Below, piece after piece: positions 1-13,668 of a stretch of DNA of 64,000 nt (the first letter of the stretch is position 1; each line of letters begins with the position of its first letter). The stretch lies in contig MU057521.1 in NCBI GenBank assembly GCA_013265495.1, positions 434,001-498,000 of the forward strand, in the 5' to 3' direction. The notes beneath the pieces were generated by a model. It did no database searches. It saw only the letters and a list, made by a program, of their open reading frames with translations, and had not been told where the DNA came from. The translations under genes and the position numbers were made by a program. This DNA comes from Vicugna vicugna. Its lineage: Eukaryota.

Positions 1-517
1 CAGGGCGCAGCAAGCTCCTAAGGGCTCCAGAAAGCATTGCCAGTAATTTTTTACCACTTAAGACAGTTACTATCCCAGACGATGATTACAAGTTGGAGGC
101 TATTCTGTTCTTCCTCGACATGGCTTACCCCAGCTTGTTTAATTGTACGTAGTATCACAGGCCTACGTTCTGACCAGAAAGGTAACAATTTTCACACAAG
201 TGAATGTACCTAAATGTTCATATCTCATATTCAGATTTCACAGTTCATTCAATGTAGGTCAGGTGCCAAGATCTAAAGATGAAAAATAATGAAAAGCAGT
301 ATTTCTCTCAAGAGCTCAGTGGAAATAACAATAATGCTTAAAGTGTAACAATGATTTTAAAAAAGAAAATGTTCTTAGGACAGAAAGGAAACATCTGCTC
401 AAATTAGTGTTTGAGATTGACAGCACGACAAATAATTCTTTCATGTTTTAATTTTATGATATAATTCCATGGGATGACTTCAGTGGACCACCCTATGAGT
501 TGTCATATAAAATTATA

Positions 518-594
518 TTTTATATATGATGTGTATATGTTATGTATATGTGTATACATTGGCATATATACAGGTATATGTGTATGTATATATG
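518..594. repeat. Degenerate (TA/TG)n low-complexity tract
   Basis: tatatatgatgtgtatatgttatgtatatgtgtatac... seen directly. Confidence 0.8.
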
Positions 595-3500
595 TTCTAC
601 ATTAAGCAGGTTTAACTATCATTTTCTAGGCAGTAGTTCAAACTTAACAATAACAGAACAGTAGCAAACTATAGTGGCATCTTATACAAGTGAAAGAATT
701 ATTTACGACATTGAATTAGGTTGTTTCACCAAATTCATTTCCATCAAAATAGTGTGCCCAAAGCCTTGAAGATAACTAACTTGAAACCTTAAACCTCAGT
801 GATTCAGGCTTCAACGTATTAATTTTTTTTTTATAATTTATAACTTAAAAAAAAGAATGTCCAACTTTTCCAAAATCTCTATCTTCTCTTCCAGGGTAAT
901 CAAATAAACTATTGCTTAAACGTCACACTATTTAAGCTAAAACAATTATCCATTTTAACAAATGTCCAGTATGCATTTTTACTACCATTTATGAGTACTT
1001 ATTGATGATCAGTAAATTATATGCTAATGAGCATATTTTGAAAATATTAAAACCTTGAAATCTAAATAGCCATTGAGCCCAAATGCTTAGTTTTTCAGTC
1101 ACTTTCTTATTCCTCATAGTTTACACTTTAGGAACGTACATAGGTCTAATGGTTGTGAATTTCCAGTATAACACACAGGATTTGCAGAGAATCAACTCTG
1201 TGATCAGCTTCGAGTCACATATGTTAACGAGTCCATCAAAACCCAGAACAATGTTAGACTTTTCTGAAATTCACTACAACACCTAGTGTTGAACATGTGT
1301 TAACAGTAATTATGTAATTTTTAATCTGGTTGGTTGAGGGATTAATTAGATCATGGAAACTGTGGTTGAGGAAAGGTTAGCAAATAAATGAATACCAACA
1401 AATTAAGCGTGAATTTGACTGTTTAAAGCCATTACATTAGGATGGCGGAAAAGTGTCCTTGGAATCTATGATACCTCTAGTGGCTTATAGGCCAAAGAAG
1501 CAAAAGTAGCAAGAAAAGAGAACAGTCAATGGCAAAAGAGAGACCAGAGGGCATTATTAACTCATGTTTGGAAACAACTTTGTGGAAGGATCCCAGAATA
1601 ATAATATCCAACACCATATTCACCCAAGTACACTCTATCTAAAGTAGGGATTCAATAAGAATTAAGAAACCGGGCCTCTTTCCTAAAAGAAAAAAATAAA
1701 ATATAAACGTTCACCTGCCCAGCTTATGTTGGCCATCAACTAAAGTAGCAAATTCCCGGCAACTTTCAGATATTCTAGAATTTGAAGCGATGTTAAAGAT
1801 GACCTATTTAAATCCAGTACATAGATGACCATTTCTCAGATTTAACTTATATATTGTTCTTGTTATCTACTTTCACCAGCTTTGACTCTTTCTCCCTCTT
1901 CCATCCTTTTTATTCTTCTTTCCTGAATGTAAATGCCATTGCTCCCTTATTTGACATACATTACATTTCAAAACAAAAAAAAACAAAAAAAAACCTAAGT
2001 CAGCAGGAAAGAAACAAGTGAATCCAACAACTGCACAGTGTTTGAACTCACAGGCTCTTCCTTAAAGGAAGAAAAGTGCATAGTTGGTGCTAGAAAGAGA
2101 AAAAACAAATGAAAATTGGATCAGACAATCGGTAGTACTGATATGTTTTCCACCTTGCTGAAATATAATCTCACCGGTGGTCACACTGACCTGTGGCTGG
2201 GACCCAGCGGGATCAGAGCTCAAGTGTGAGCAAGGTCATGTAGCCGCGGCTGCACACAGGGCTCCATGTGCTACAACAATATGGCCAGACTGAGACCTCA
2301 AGCAAAGCCTTGTCTTTTCCCCGGGGGGCTTTAGTATCCCTGGGCAAACAGCCAAGTGGCTATCTGCAAGTGATCTAAGAATGGGTAAAGTGCTCGTTAA
2401 GAATTTGTCTCAACTGGTTTTCCCCCGAAGAGTGCACAAGAGAGTTTCTCAATAGCATATTCTCAATAGCATATACGTGTTATGTATCAATAGAGCCCAA
2501 GTTGCTTAGTGGCTCTTTTGCTAGAGCGCTTCGCCTTTATGATCAATAAACTTCATAGAAGTGGGTGTTTTTACTTAGGGGACTTTTCCCAGTGAGAGAA
2601 ATTCTATTCTTATCAGCTCCTTTTATGTTTGCACATAAAGAGAGATGTTTGTGAGTCTATAAAAAGTACCCTTGATCTTGTTTGATAGACTGTGTCCTCC
2701 TCAGAGTGAATAGGCTGTCAAGTGGTGACTTCGCATTTGCAAATGAATGACAATATGTGTGCCAAATTCCCTCCCCAGCCACAAAAGTAACAGGATGAGA
2801 ATTTTATTTCTGGAAGAGGATTTCAAAACAGGTCAGTTCTCATTTACTCCTCAGTGGGTTCTGCTAAGAAACTAGAAAAAATAAGACATGGTCATTAAAT
2901 ACAGCAGACAAAACAATATGTACATCAATCAATGCCTAGAAATAGACTTTGAAATGTTATTTATTACCCGTTTTCATCAAATATGCATTACTCTAATGAT
3001 GGGCATATTATGAAGACAGGCATTTTAGAGACAAATTATAAGACAGGCTAAAAAAGATTGCAATCCTCTTGGCAAAGAAGAGTGGTTTAATTTTTAAAAA
3101 TCATATAATTGTTATGGAAAGAAGCTGTATAGATCAAACGTTTCAGAGAGACAAGAGTTTGATCAGTCATGGCAACCCTCTCCAATTTTCCATACAAAAC
3201 CATACAAAGATACATAATAAAGTTAAATTTTAGACTGTTACAGTCAAAAGCATGCTTTGTAACTGAAGTTTTGCTCTATTTACTTGGGTGATAATGGTGT
3301 GAATAGATTAAAAGAAACAATACGAAAGAGATTCTCAACTCTGTTTTCAAAAATATTTATAGGTTGGCACCTGGAGGGTTGCAGTAGTTCTTGAAAAGTC
3401 AATACAGATATCTAGAGCATGTTCTTCTCTTCCTTCGTTAGAGAAATTGACAGCTGAGAGGAGCCTTCTGGTTGTCTGACACCAGTACAAGTCATGTTAA

Positions 3501-5299
3501 CAAACAGTTCTCACCGAGGCAGCCACAGTCAGCGTGGCCTGAAATTCTCAGCACCACTTATAAGTGATGCTATACTCCTGCTCCTCCTCTGTACACTTCT
3601 ATTGTTAAATTAAATCTCAAAACTCGTCCAGTGTCTTCTGTTCTGCATCCACTTTTGTGCTCAACACTTTGTATGCCAAATTATATCCGTTTGCATGGTC
3701 CAAATATATACTCCTGTTCAGGGTCCTAATACTGATGTTCATTTTGTTCCATCAGCTAATGGTTAGAATTGTTGAGAATTAACAGATATTGTGTCTTGAA
3801 TTTTGATCTTTCTACTCCTGCTCAGTCATGGAGCTTTTGACCTCTGAGTGAGCAGACAGCATCCACATGTAGGAAAGGAAGATACCTAAGACTGGAACAC
3901 AATGGAAAACAGCCATCAGGAGTTCCAGTGGGGCACTTTAAGTGGAGAAGGGAAGCAGATGTTGGGGGAAATTACAGGACTGGACTAAAATAAAGAAAAG
4001 TAATACAGAGAATTAGAACTGGAACATCCAGTGACCAAAGGAAGTGTGACAAACGAACCAGAGAAGGAGAGCAGGGGCAAAAGAACCACTAAGGGGCTCA
4101 TTCAGAAGATGTCAGGCTTCAAAAAATGCCACATGGTGCACATGTGAAATAAAGGACAGCAGGTCTTTTAGTGAAAATAAAGTCAGTAGTTTTTCTTTCT
4201 TGCTATTATAACTTAGTGGACATACTTTATTTTGTGATTCAAGATACTTTGAGTCTCTGTATCTTGATGTCCTAGTAAGGACCACTCATTGATGAAAGAT
4301 CTGTAGACTAGTCTGCAACCCATTTGCTCATTCCTTCTGATGTCCTCTGTGTTACATTTTCATCATAATTTTCTTTTACTTATTCGAGTCTTCTGTGAAG
4401 CCCAAATTAAATTGGAAGGATTGCTTAAATTAGATACTTAAGGTAACTTCTAAGCAGAGGCAGTCTGACAGAATTGTGTAAACAAAACAAACACACCAAA
4501 AAGAAAAAAAACCCAAAACCCACAATAAAAATAAAAAGAAGAAAACTGATGCTTGGTTGTTAGGGGAAAAGAGAGTATCTTTCCCTTAAGAGGAAAGAAA
4601 AAGATAGCAAAGCGAGGAAAAGTAAAAGATATCTAACTACTGAGAAGGCTGAGGGAGAATTAATATAAAACGAACAAAAATAAGCAAGTAAATAAATAAT
4701 ACAATGAACAGAAACTATTCATAAATCAGCCATGGAGCTCAGAGGATTCAAAGCAATTATATTAAAATATATAGCTAGATTCCAAGCACCCCTATGATGT
4801 AGGATAATAGAGCGTAGTTATATTTACAGTGAAGTCATTAATAAATGGCATATAAAGCAACTAGAGTAGTCAGGACTCCTATCTTACTCCCCATCCCATA
4901 AAGTCAGATGCGGAGGACAAATAGCCAGCATTATTCCCTCAGGGGAAACCTCAAAGGCTATTCTCTTAAAGGACTTAAAAATCAACGTTGGACAAAAGTC
5001 AGATTCTCATGGCAAGAATCCTTTCCCCCGTTACCTCTCCTACTGAATAAATTTTTGGATTGAGGAATGGAGTCCACCGCCTGTCTTGTAGCTCTACCTA
5101 CCAAAGTGGCCCTACACAGAGCCCCTTAGAGAAAGTATCTAGAAAAGCATCTTACCTTCCTGGCAGCATAGGAAACCTATATCCTTGTTAAGCCTGAATG
5201 GAGAAACAGGGAATGCTAGGCATGTGAAGGAAACAAGCAAAATATAAGAGAAAGAACAAAATAAACCACCATTTTAAATGGTTTAATGGAAGGTGAAGG

Positions 5300-5870
5300 A
5301 AATAGGAAAGAACTCTGAGAAACTTGAATGTGTTCAGAGTGATCAGAGAACGTATTATATTTATAAAACAAAAACATAAAGCTATGAACAAGGAACAATC
5401 AGAGAAGATCAAGGTCTCAGAGATTAAACTTACTAATGTAAAATTGAAGAGTGACTTGGAAATAAGGTTGCTATGTCCTGGAATATTGAGCACGATAGGA
5501 TAAAGAGTCAGAAAATAAGAGAGAGGACATGAGGACTAGAAGGCCCATTAAGGTTGACCATTGTTCTGATAGTAGGAATTCTGGAAAAAGAGCAAGAAAA
5601 TGGAAAGGGGCAAGTATCAAAATTATAATGGAAAAGAAATTCCAAGAGCTGAAGGAGGATACATTTTCAGATTGAAAACAAATGCAAAAGAGTCACCAAG
5701 CAAACAGAAAAAGACCCTGACCTAGCATATGAAATTGCAAAACAGTATAAATAAAAAGAAGGCCCCTAAATCTTTATAGAACAAGCAAATTGCCTTCAGA
5801 GGAAAATGAAGCAGTCTGGCATCAGGTATCTCCCCAGGCCACAGGATACAAGGTAACATTGGACCAACAA
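5300..5870 (+). mobile_element. Decayed L1 ORF1-like / HAL1 fragment
   Basis: Broken frames give L1 ORF1p-like motifs: VGILEKEQENG (~5572), IIMEKKFQELK (~5622), FQIE (~5665); A-rich composition. Confidence 0.65.
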
Positions 5871-5873
5871 TGC

Positions 5874-6600
5874 CTGGAAAACAGTATGCAGGTTCCTCAA
5901 AAAATTAAAAGTAGATCTGCCATATATCTGCCATATGATTCACCAATCCCACTTGTGGCTATATACCCAAAGGAAATGAAAAGACGATATTGAAGAGACA
6001 TATGCATTCCCGTGTTTACTGCGGCATACAGACAATAGCCAAGAGGTGAAAACCACCTAAGTGTCCATCAACAGATGAATGGATGAAGTTGTGGTATATA
6101 TATACAACTGAATATTACTCAGCCATGAAAAAGAAGGAAATCCTGCAATTTATGACAACATGATGGACCTTGAGGACACTATGCTAAGTGACGTAAGTCA
6201 GACAGAGAAAGACAAATCTGTATGATTTATCACCTATATGTGGAATCTAAAAAAAACCAAGCTCATGAAAACTGAGTACAATGGTGATTATCAGGGGTGT
6301 AGGGGTAGGGAAATAAGAGACATGTTGTTTAGGGGTACAAACTTACTACTAGTATTAAATAAGTTCTAGTGATCTAATGCAAAGTTTAGTGAAAATAGAC
6401 AGCAATATTATAATATTCAAACTTGCCAAGAGATTAGGTCTTAATTATTCCAACTACAAAAAAAAAACTACATTATGTGATGGAATGTTAGCTATCTCTA
6501 CAATGGCAATTGTATCACATACATTAATGTATAGATCAACATGTTGTACACTTTAAATAAACACAATGTTATATGTCAAATATATTTCAATAAAAGAAAA
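5874..6600 (+). mobile_element. LINE-1 3' end (ORF2 C-terminus + 3'UTR, L1MA-type), 5' truncated
   Basis: LENSMQVPQK...LPYDSPIPLVAIYPKEMK is L1 ORF2p C-terminal-like; hallmark cctaagtgtccatcaacagatgaatggat and atgctaagtgacgtaagtcagacagagaaagacaaa; ends aataaaagaaaa. Confidence 0.95.
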
Positions 6601-6609
6601 GGAGTTCAA

Positions 6610-7600
6610 AAGATACGAAAACAGTTCAGCAAACAACAAAAAAAAGGGGCCTTTTAAAATATAAAATGATGCTCAACTTCATTCAGAGTAATGGAAATGC
6701 AAATTGTAACTAAAATTGGAGGCTATTTTTCACCTTTGTAATTGGCAAAATTCCAAAATTAGAGCAAAAATATGTTACCAAAGCTTGGAGAAATAGAAAC
6801 ATTCATACAAAATGGCACAAGCCTTAAGTGGAAAACTGGCAATGTTATAAAAATTACACTTCTGGGAATATATTCTAAAGACAGCACTTTCTGTATTGAA
6901 CTTATATTTGTGAAAATGTCAGTATCTCATTAGTTTTAGCCAAAATTAATTAATTTAATATATTTCAACTTTATAATAGCAAAAGATTGGGGAAAATGTA
7001 AGTATTTACATAAAGGGCACTTATTATAAAATAACCATTTAATAGAAAACTATGCAGTTGTAATTAAGAATCGAGATGCCCTCCAAGATATAAGTGAAAA
7101 ATAAACAATATAAAATATGAGGCAAATTAAATACGGTAAAATGTTAAACACTTGAGTGTAGAACAAACAGAATGAATTTCACGTTGATAGGAGACATAAA
7201 TGGGGAAGAAAGGAAGAAAAGATAGTATCTTCACGTTGCATAAGGTAATACATTTAAAATTTGATGCAACAAAAATATAGAACTAAGTCCTTATTTTAAG
7301 TTACAAAAATAATAGAAAACTAAAAATGGTGTAACTCTTTGAGAAGGGGGAAAGAAGGCAAAAGTACAAATGATTGACATTTGCACCTGTCACATTAGAG
7401 GTTATTAGAGATTGTCTAGTATTTTTAAATGAAGGAAAGAGAAAAGAAGCATGTTTTAATGAACCAGGGGACTAAGAGCCAGAAGACACTGCTTCTGAAG
7501 AATGGATCTGGGAGTGAGGAGTGAAGGAGAACTAGCATTTTTGTATTGCTTTATTTGTTACCTAATTTAAGAACTACTTTGATAAAAAAATTATTTTTCA
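6610..7600 (+). mobile_element. Old LINE-1 (L1ME-like) ORF2 end/3'UTR fragments
   Basis: gatgctcaacttcattc...ggaaatgcaaatt...ttttcacct...attggcaaaa resembles ancient L1 ORF2 3' region; highly diverged. Confidence 0.6.
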
Positions 7601-7744
7601 CAAAAGTTAGTAGGTACAGGCAAAAGTTCATATAACCCTTGGTGTACAAGATTCAAGAGGCAGAAACCAAATTTGATTTTGTTCGCCACAAAGTTTCAAT
7701 CACCTATTGTCTGGCATGTAGTAGATCTTGGTAAATAAGACATA

Positions 7745-8525
7745 AAGAAAGAGCTCTTACAAATCAATAAGGACAGCATCCAAATAGAAAAAAAATGATA
7801 AAAATACATAGACAGTTCAGAAAGTACTTACACATAACCAGTAAATACATTTAAGTTCAATCTCACTACTGATGCAAGTTAAATGTACAGTGAGTTACCA
7901 ATTTTCCCATGTCAAGTCGGAAATATTTTACAATAATGCAGGCACATGCGCAAGTTGTAGTGAGGCAAAACTCTCATACACAACCAATTTAAATACAAAT
8001 TGATTTTTTATAAAAAAAAAACCTTTCTAGAAAAGTCAAGAAGGAGCAATAATTCTTAAATATTTATATTTTTGATGTAGTACCCTTATTTCTGGAAATC
8101 AATCCTAATGAAATCATCCAACATGCTATAAAAGATAATGCACAAAGTGTGTTTCACAGCCCTATTTAACAGAATGAAAATTAGCATCAATCTAAGTGGC
8201 CAACAATAATGGTTAAGTAAATGAGGTATACCTAGATGGGAGCATATTATTTAATAATTAAAATGTCATTACAAAATATATGTAATCAAATGAAAATGTT
8301 CATGATATGATAAATGAAGAAATCAGGATACAAAATAGGTGATATACACCAACTTTGTGTGCGTGAGCACATAGGTGTGAAAAAATTGGAGAGAGAAAAC
8401 TTTAAGAAGTAGTTCAAAATGTTAACGGTTATTTCTGGATAATAGTGTTACAAATTATTTTTATTTTCTATTTTTTGGTATTGTCCACATTTTCTACCAA
8501 GAAGATCTATTTTTAGAAATAAAAA
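7745..8525 (+). mobile_element. Old LINE-1 (L1ME-like) 3' fragment
   Basis: aaagagctcttacaaatcaataag start; caaaatgttaacggttatttctgg...ttttattttct...ttttctac terminus typical of L1ME 3'UTR. Confidence 0.7.
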
Positions 8526-8564
8526 CAACAACAAATGTTATCTCATTAAAAGTTAGTAGAGTGT

Positions 8565-9385
8565 TACTTCTGGTGATGGCAGAGTAGCTGGTGTTGGATG
8601 AAAACTCCTGCAGATGAAATTATAAACACAACAAAATGAGAGAAAACAAGTGGTCAGAAACAGCAAGAAACTGGAAAGGAGTCAAACTTTAAAATAGAAA
8701 AATTGACTTGGTAGGTTTGCATTTATGCAGCTTTTCATCTGAGAGAAGTCCTCATTCTGCACAGTGTGGAATGTCTGGACCTTATGCAAAAAGCCTAGGT
8801 CTTACTGGCTTGGTTTCAGTACTGGTATAGCACCTAGAACCTACAAAAAGAAACCCTGAAAAAGAGAGAGCCACAGTATAGGAAAGTCCAAAATTCTGAA
8901 TTTAAAATCTGCCCAAACCCCCAGCTGACTCCTGACCTATAAAGAGCTCAGACTCCTTAATGTCTTACAGAAAGTGACAGGCTGTTGAAGATTTTAGCTG
9001 CTGCCAATTGTAAGGGAGCCAGCTTTTAGACTTTGCGTCCAGGAAGATTAATTTCTGATAAAATAATTAAAAATATTCTCCAGGGGAAGATACTAGAATT
9101 TAGTATCTGAATGTTTTATACATAATTTTCTGCTTATAAACAAAAATTCATAGATAAGCAAAACATAGAAAACTATGATCCACACTGAAGTGAAATCATC
9201 AGTTATCAGAAATCAACTGAAATATACAGAGAGGTCAGAATATAAAGCAGCTATTTTATTATAAATATGTTTAAGGACTCAGAGGAAAATACAGAGCAAA
9301 AAGATGGAGAATTTCGCCAGAGAAATAAAAAACTACAGAAAACGGAGATCCAATATTCAATATGTAAAATTTTAAAAATCAGTAG
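8565..9385 (+). mobile_element. Old LINE-1 5'UTR/ORF1-start fragment
   Basis: Begins acttctggtgatggcagagtag (L1M 5'-end-like); ends with taaagcagctat...aatatgtttaagga...agatggagaatttc..cagagaaat (ORF1 coiled-coil start). Confidence 0.55.
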
Positions 9386-9389
9386 GTGA

Positions 9390-10108
9390 AGACAGCCACA
9401 TGCCAAAGAATGAAACTGGACCATCTTATACCATACACAAAAATTAGCTTAAGATGGATCAAATACTTGAATGTAAGACCTGAAACCGTAAGACTCCTAG
9501 AAGAAAACATAGGCAGTTAGCTCCTTGATGTATGTCTTGGTGATGATCTTTTGAATTTGACCCCAAAAGCAAAAACAACAAAAGCAAAAATTAACATGTG
9601 GGACTATCACAAACAAAACAGCTTCTGCACAGCAAAGGAAACCATCAACAAAATGTAAACGCAACCTCCTGAATAGGAGAAAATATTTGCAAGTCATATT
9701 TTTGATAAGGGATTGATATCCAAAATATAAAAGAGTCATACAACTCAGTAACAAAAACAATCTAATTAAAAATGGGCAGCATATCTAAGTAGACTATTTT
9801 TCTAAAGAAAACATACAGAGAGCCAACATGAAAAGATGCTCAACATTACTAATTATCAAGGGACATACCAATCAAAACCACAAGGTATCACCTGGCACCT
9901 GTTAGAATGGCTACTACCAAAAAGACAAGAAATAACAAGTGTTGGCAAGGATGTGGTAGAAAAGGAATCCTCGCGCACTGTTGGTGGGAGTGTAAATTGG
10001 TGCAGCCACTGTGAAAAACAGTACAGAGTTTCCTCAAAAAAACAAAACAAAACAAAACACAGAACTACCATGTGATTGAGCCATTCCACATCTGACTATT
10101 TATCTGAA
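9390..10108 (+). mobile_element. LINE-1 ORF2 fragment, truncated at both ends
   Basis: Translates [38 protein letters not shown], a classic L1 ORF2p segment; gcttctgcacagcaaaggaaaccatcaac; gttggtgggagtgtaaattggtgcagccact. Confidence 0.95.
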
Positions 10109-11119
10109 CAAACCCCAGAAACACATAAGTAGCCAGGTAGAATATTACATTGGTCTTCAAGAAACTGTATTTCTGTTGGGGAACTACTAGAGAAAAGGAG
10201 ATGCAGTCACAGGAAAAAGGCCCCCATTCTCAGAAATGGGGTTCTCTGTACACTACACATGAAGTTAGCCTTGCCCTCGTGAAGTAAGCAGGCTTAGATT
10301 AGAGAATTTCTATTACGCTGAAAGGGACTCTCTTCATTTGTCCCTCCCCCATTCCTGGGTGGCAACCATTAAAGTACTGATTGCAAATAGGCTGTGGGTT
10401 TTACTTTTAATTAAAATATGTTCCTTATATTATGGAGCCATTAGTTCTTGACATTAGATTCTATTGCTCGTTTCTAATATTAATGGACCTGGGCTCTTAA
10501 CACTTTTAGCTATAATTTTAACATTAAGGCCTGTATTTTTCAATATGAAATACCCATCCTTGAAAAACTTTAGTTTTATAGTTACATGCACATCTGTCTG
10601 TGTGTGTATAACATATACTTTCCATGATGTCAAACATCTGACTTTAAAAAAGAAACCTAATACTGGTATTGTTTTCAATGTTTTTATTTGTTGTGTTCAT
10701 TTTGATTATTTTAATAGAGCTCAAATAATTTCTCATATATTGATTTTCCCATTGAATTCTTGGAGAAAAAGATAAAGTAAAATAATAAAAATTAATAAAG
10801 TCAGTCATTCAGTTTATCTATTCAAATGAAAAGATAACAATTCTCTTGAGACGAGAGTGTCAATATTGTAATTGAAGAAAAGACATAGACTTAGGATTCG
10901 ATTCAATTTGACAAACGTCAATGACACTTACTATGTACTGGAGGGTCCGTCAAGGAGCTCACACAAGATACACATGTATATACAATCACACACATAATTG
11001 TGACCAATTATATCATAGCTAGCAGAGCTTGTAGGGAATTTGGGGGAAAAAGTAGTATTTATTGGTCACCGATAATATGTTTACCACCATGCTAGCTCAT
11101 TCCATTTTTACCGAAAACT

Positions 11120-11225
11120 CCTGGTATCATATTTTGCAGATATGTTTTGAGGCTCAGAGAAGTTAAACCACCTGCTTAGGGTAAGAGACAGAGCTAAGCT
11201 TCAAACCCCTATCTATTTCCAAGGA
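11120..11225 (-). mobile_element. MIR SINE fragment
   Basis: attttgcaga...tgaggctcagagaagttaa...cttcaaaccc (reverse MIR core). Confidence 0.7.
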
Positions 11226-12614
11226 CAGTTCCTATCTCTGTTTAAAGTTTTATAAAAAGTTCTACAAAAGTACAGATGAGTAATCAATTCTATCTTGATG
11301 ACTTAAAGAAGGCTTCTGAAAAGAAGCGGCACAGAGGCTGTCTTTAAGTAGAATCTTCCCAAGACAAGATCTTGGTAAGATCAGTGACTATGGCGCTATC
11401 ACATGTCTATTCCCATGGCAGAAACAAAAACAACTTGCCAGTGTGGATTTGGTGGGCTATGGATAATTCTAAGTTGGTTCTGAGGTTTCTAGCTCCAGTG
11501 ATATCATTTATTAATGTAAGAACCACAAAATGAAAACAGACTTGTGGAGCAAGATAACTCACCAAAATGATTAATCCACAACCAATTATTTTATCAAGAC
11601 ATGATCTCTACCCAACAAGATAACTGGGCAGATGAGGAAAAGAAGAAAATTATGCTTTCATAGGCTGAAATACGTATAAGCCCTTGGGGATATTTGAAAA
11701 CTCTATAATGAAATGCTTTATATCTAAAGGTGAAAAAATATTTTTCAACAACACAATTATTCAGCCAAAATTGTTTTAGTTTTTGTTTTTTTCCCCACTG
11801 CATGCTGGTAAAACTGTCAGCAATTAATTAATGTCTTTCGAAGTTTCAGTCTTCACAAACTGCAAGAAAACATAGTGGGAAACATTTTGAACCAAATCAC
11901 ATATTAACATGCCCCTAGATTTCAAACTCATGATCGTCCAGAATGCCTGAAGTTATCCCACTGAGGTGTTTAAATTTTTGTAGATGCTCCCAAACAACCC
12001 CTTCTGACCCTGAGTTAACTGTCAATCTTCTGAGGCTGGCTCTTGCTGAGGAGAGCTGTGGGTGACAAGGGAACAGAGGCTCCCAACTGGGATTACTACA
12101 CCAGACACTGTTAAACTGGGATTCAACATGTTTACAAGAGTCCTCTTACCTCCTGCCACTCTGAGTGCCATCCATTTGGTTAGAATGTAACCAGGGGTGT
12201 GGTGGGGGGTGTTTCAAAAAAACAGAAAATAAAATCAAGACAAAAATAACACAAAATTACTATTCTAAACCAGGCTCATGCTTTATTTAAGCTGTCGTTT
12301 TTTAACCTAAAGAAGTAACAAGTAACACATGGGTCAGGGAGATACACCATTTCCCACCTCCCAAAAGAATAATCTTGTATGGTTAGGTTCAGCCTCTAGA
12401 AGCCTCTATAGCTTCTTGAGGCAATAATTATGTTGGTCTCCACCCACTATGCAAAGCAGTGCTTTCTTGTCATTTCCTAGAATTCACTCTTCTAGATTTC
12501 AAGAGATGCCTGTTAGATTTAATACTCTAAGAACTATCAAAGCCTGCATTCACCTGACTTTTGGATTCCTGTTAACAATGATATTAACTTTCAATCTGCA
12601 TCTATTCAAGTTTG

Positions 12615-12832
12615 ACTTCTGCTTTCAGGAATGACTCTACCATTTACCAGGTATGTGACCCTGGGCTAGCTATAATAATTTCTCTGTGTCTCAATTCCTT
12701 CATCTTTAAATATACTTGAATAGTATCTATCTCAGAGGATTATTACAAAAATTAAATTACTCAATGTGTAGAAAGACTTTAGAGTATTGCCTGATTTCTA
12801 CAGTAATCATGCAATCATTCTTAACTACTATT
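12615..12832 (+). mobile_element. MIR SINE
   Basis: ctctaccatttaccaggtatgtgaccctgggc...tctctgtgtctcaattccttcatcttt MIR core plus tail. Confidence 0.85.
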
Positions 12833-12872
12833 TTCTTCAAATGCACATACAATTTCTAGATTTTAACACATT

Positions 12873-13123
12873 GAATAGTGCTATATTTATAGGACTTATC
12901 ATTTATCAGGTACTGTTTAAAGAATTTTACATATATTAAATCATTTGGTTCTAAAACTCTGTAAGGTTTGTACTGCTATTGTCAACACTATTTTATATAC
13001 GAGGAAACTGAAGCTGAAGCAACTTCAATAAATTGCCCAAGATCACACAGATAATATATGGCAGAGCCGGGGTTATCCCAGGTCTGCAGACAGATTCTAC
13101 GCCCTTAACTATTATGTGATATT
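12873..13123 (-). mobile_element. MIR SINE, near full length
   Basis: gaggaaactgaagct...ttgcccaagatcacacag...ggcagagccggg reverse MIR core. Confidence 0.9.
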
Positions 13124-13668
13124 GTGTCTCATAACAGTTGATGGAAAATGTTAGTTACTATTTTATCAGTCTTATTATAAATGTTGCTGCTTCTGTTATT
13201 GTTAACCCTTATGCTTTTAGAGAAATCCAACTCAGGAGAACAATAGCTGAGAAAATGAAACAGAGTATATCTTTAAACAGCATCATGAGGATTGAGAGGG
13301 CAGAAAACCAGGTCTTCTCACCCCACAGCATCACCAAGTTTGGGAGGATTGAATACGGACAGGAAATTGAACTAAGTTTGGCTCTGATTTTGACTGACAA
13401 TATATTCACATGCTCGGTGGCAAAACAGTTGTGGGAATCTTAACTTTTCAATAAACTGCTCTGAATCTTCAGGTAAAACTATGGATAAATAAGATGTGGG
13501 TGAGGGAGAAAAATGCAAGGAATAAACAGATCCAGCGCAGCAGAATAGTTGAATGGGAGACTTAAATGGAAAAAAAATGACACTTTTATGAACCCCCAAA
13601 ATGTTTAAACTATTTTAAGGAAGTGCATGAAAAGTACTGTATAAGTTGGATAAAGAGGTGCTATAGTG

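Noticed and set aside
5790..10089. ORFs at 5790, 9497, 9836 and 9856
   Set aside because: Sense or antisense readings of decayed L1 ORF2; not host genes
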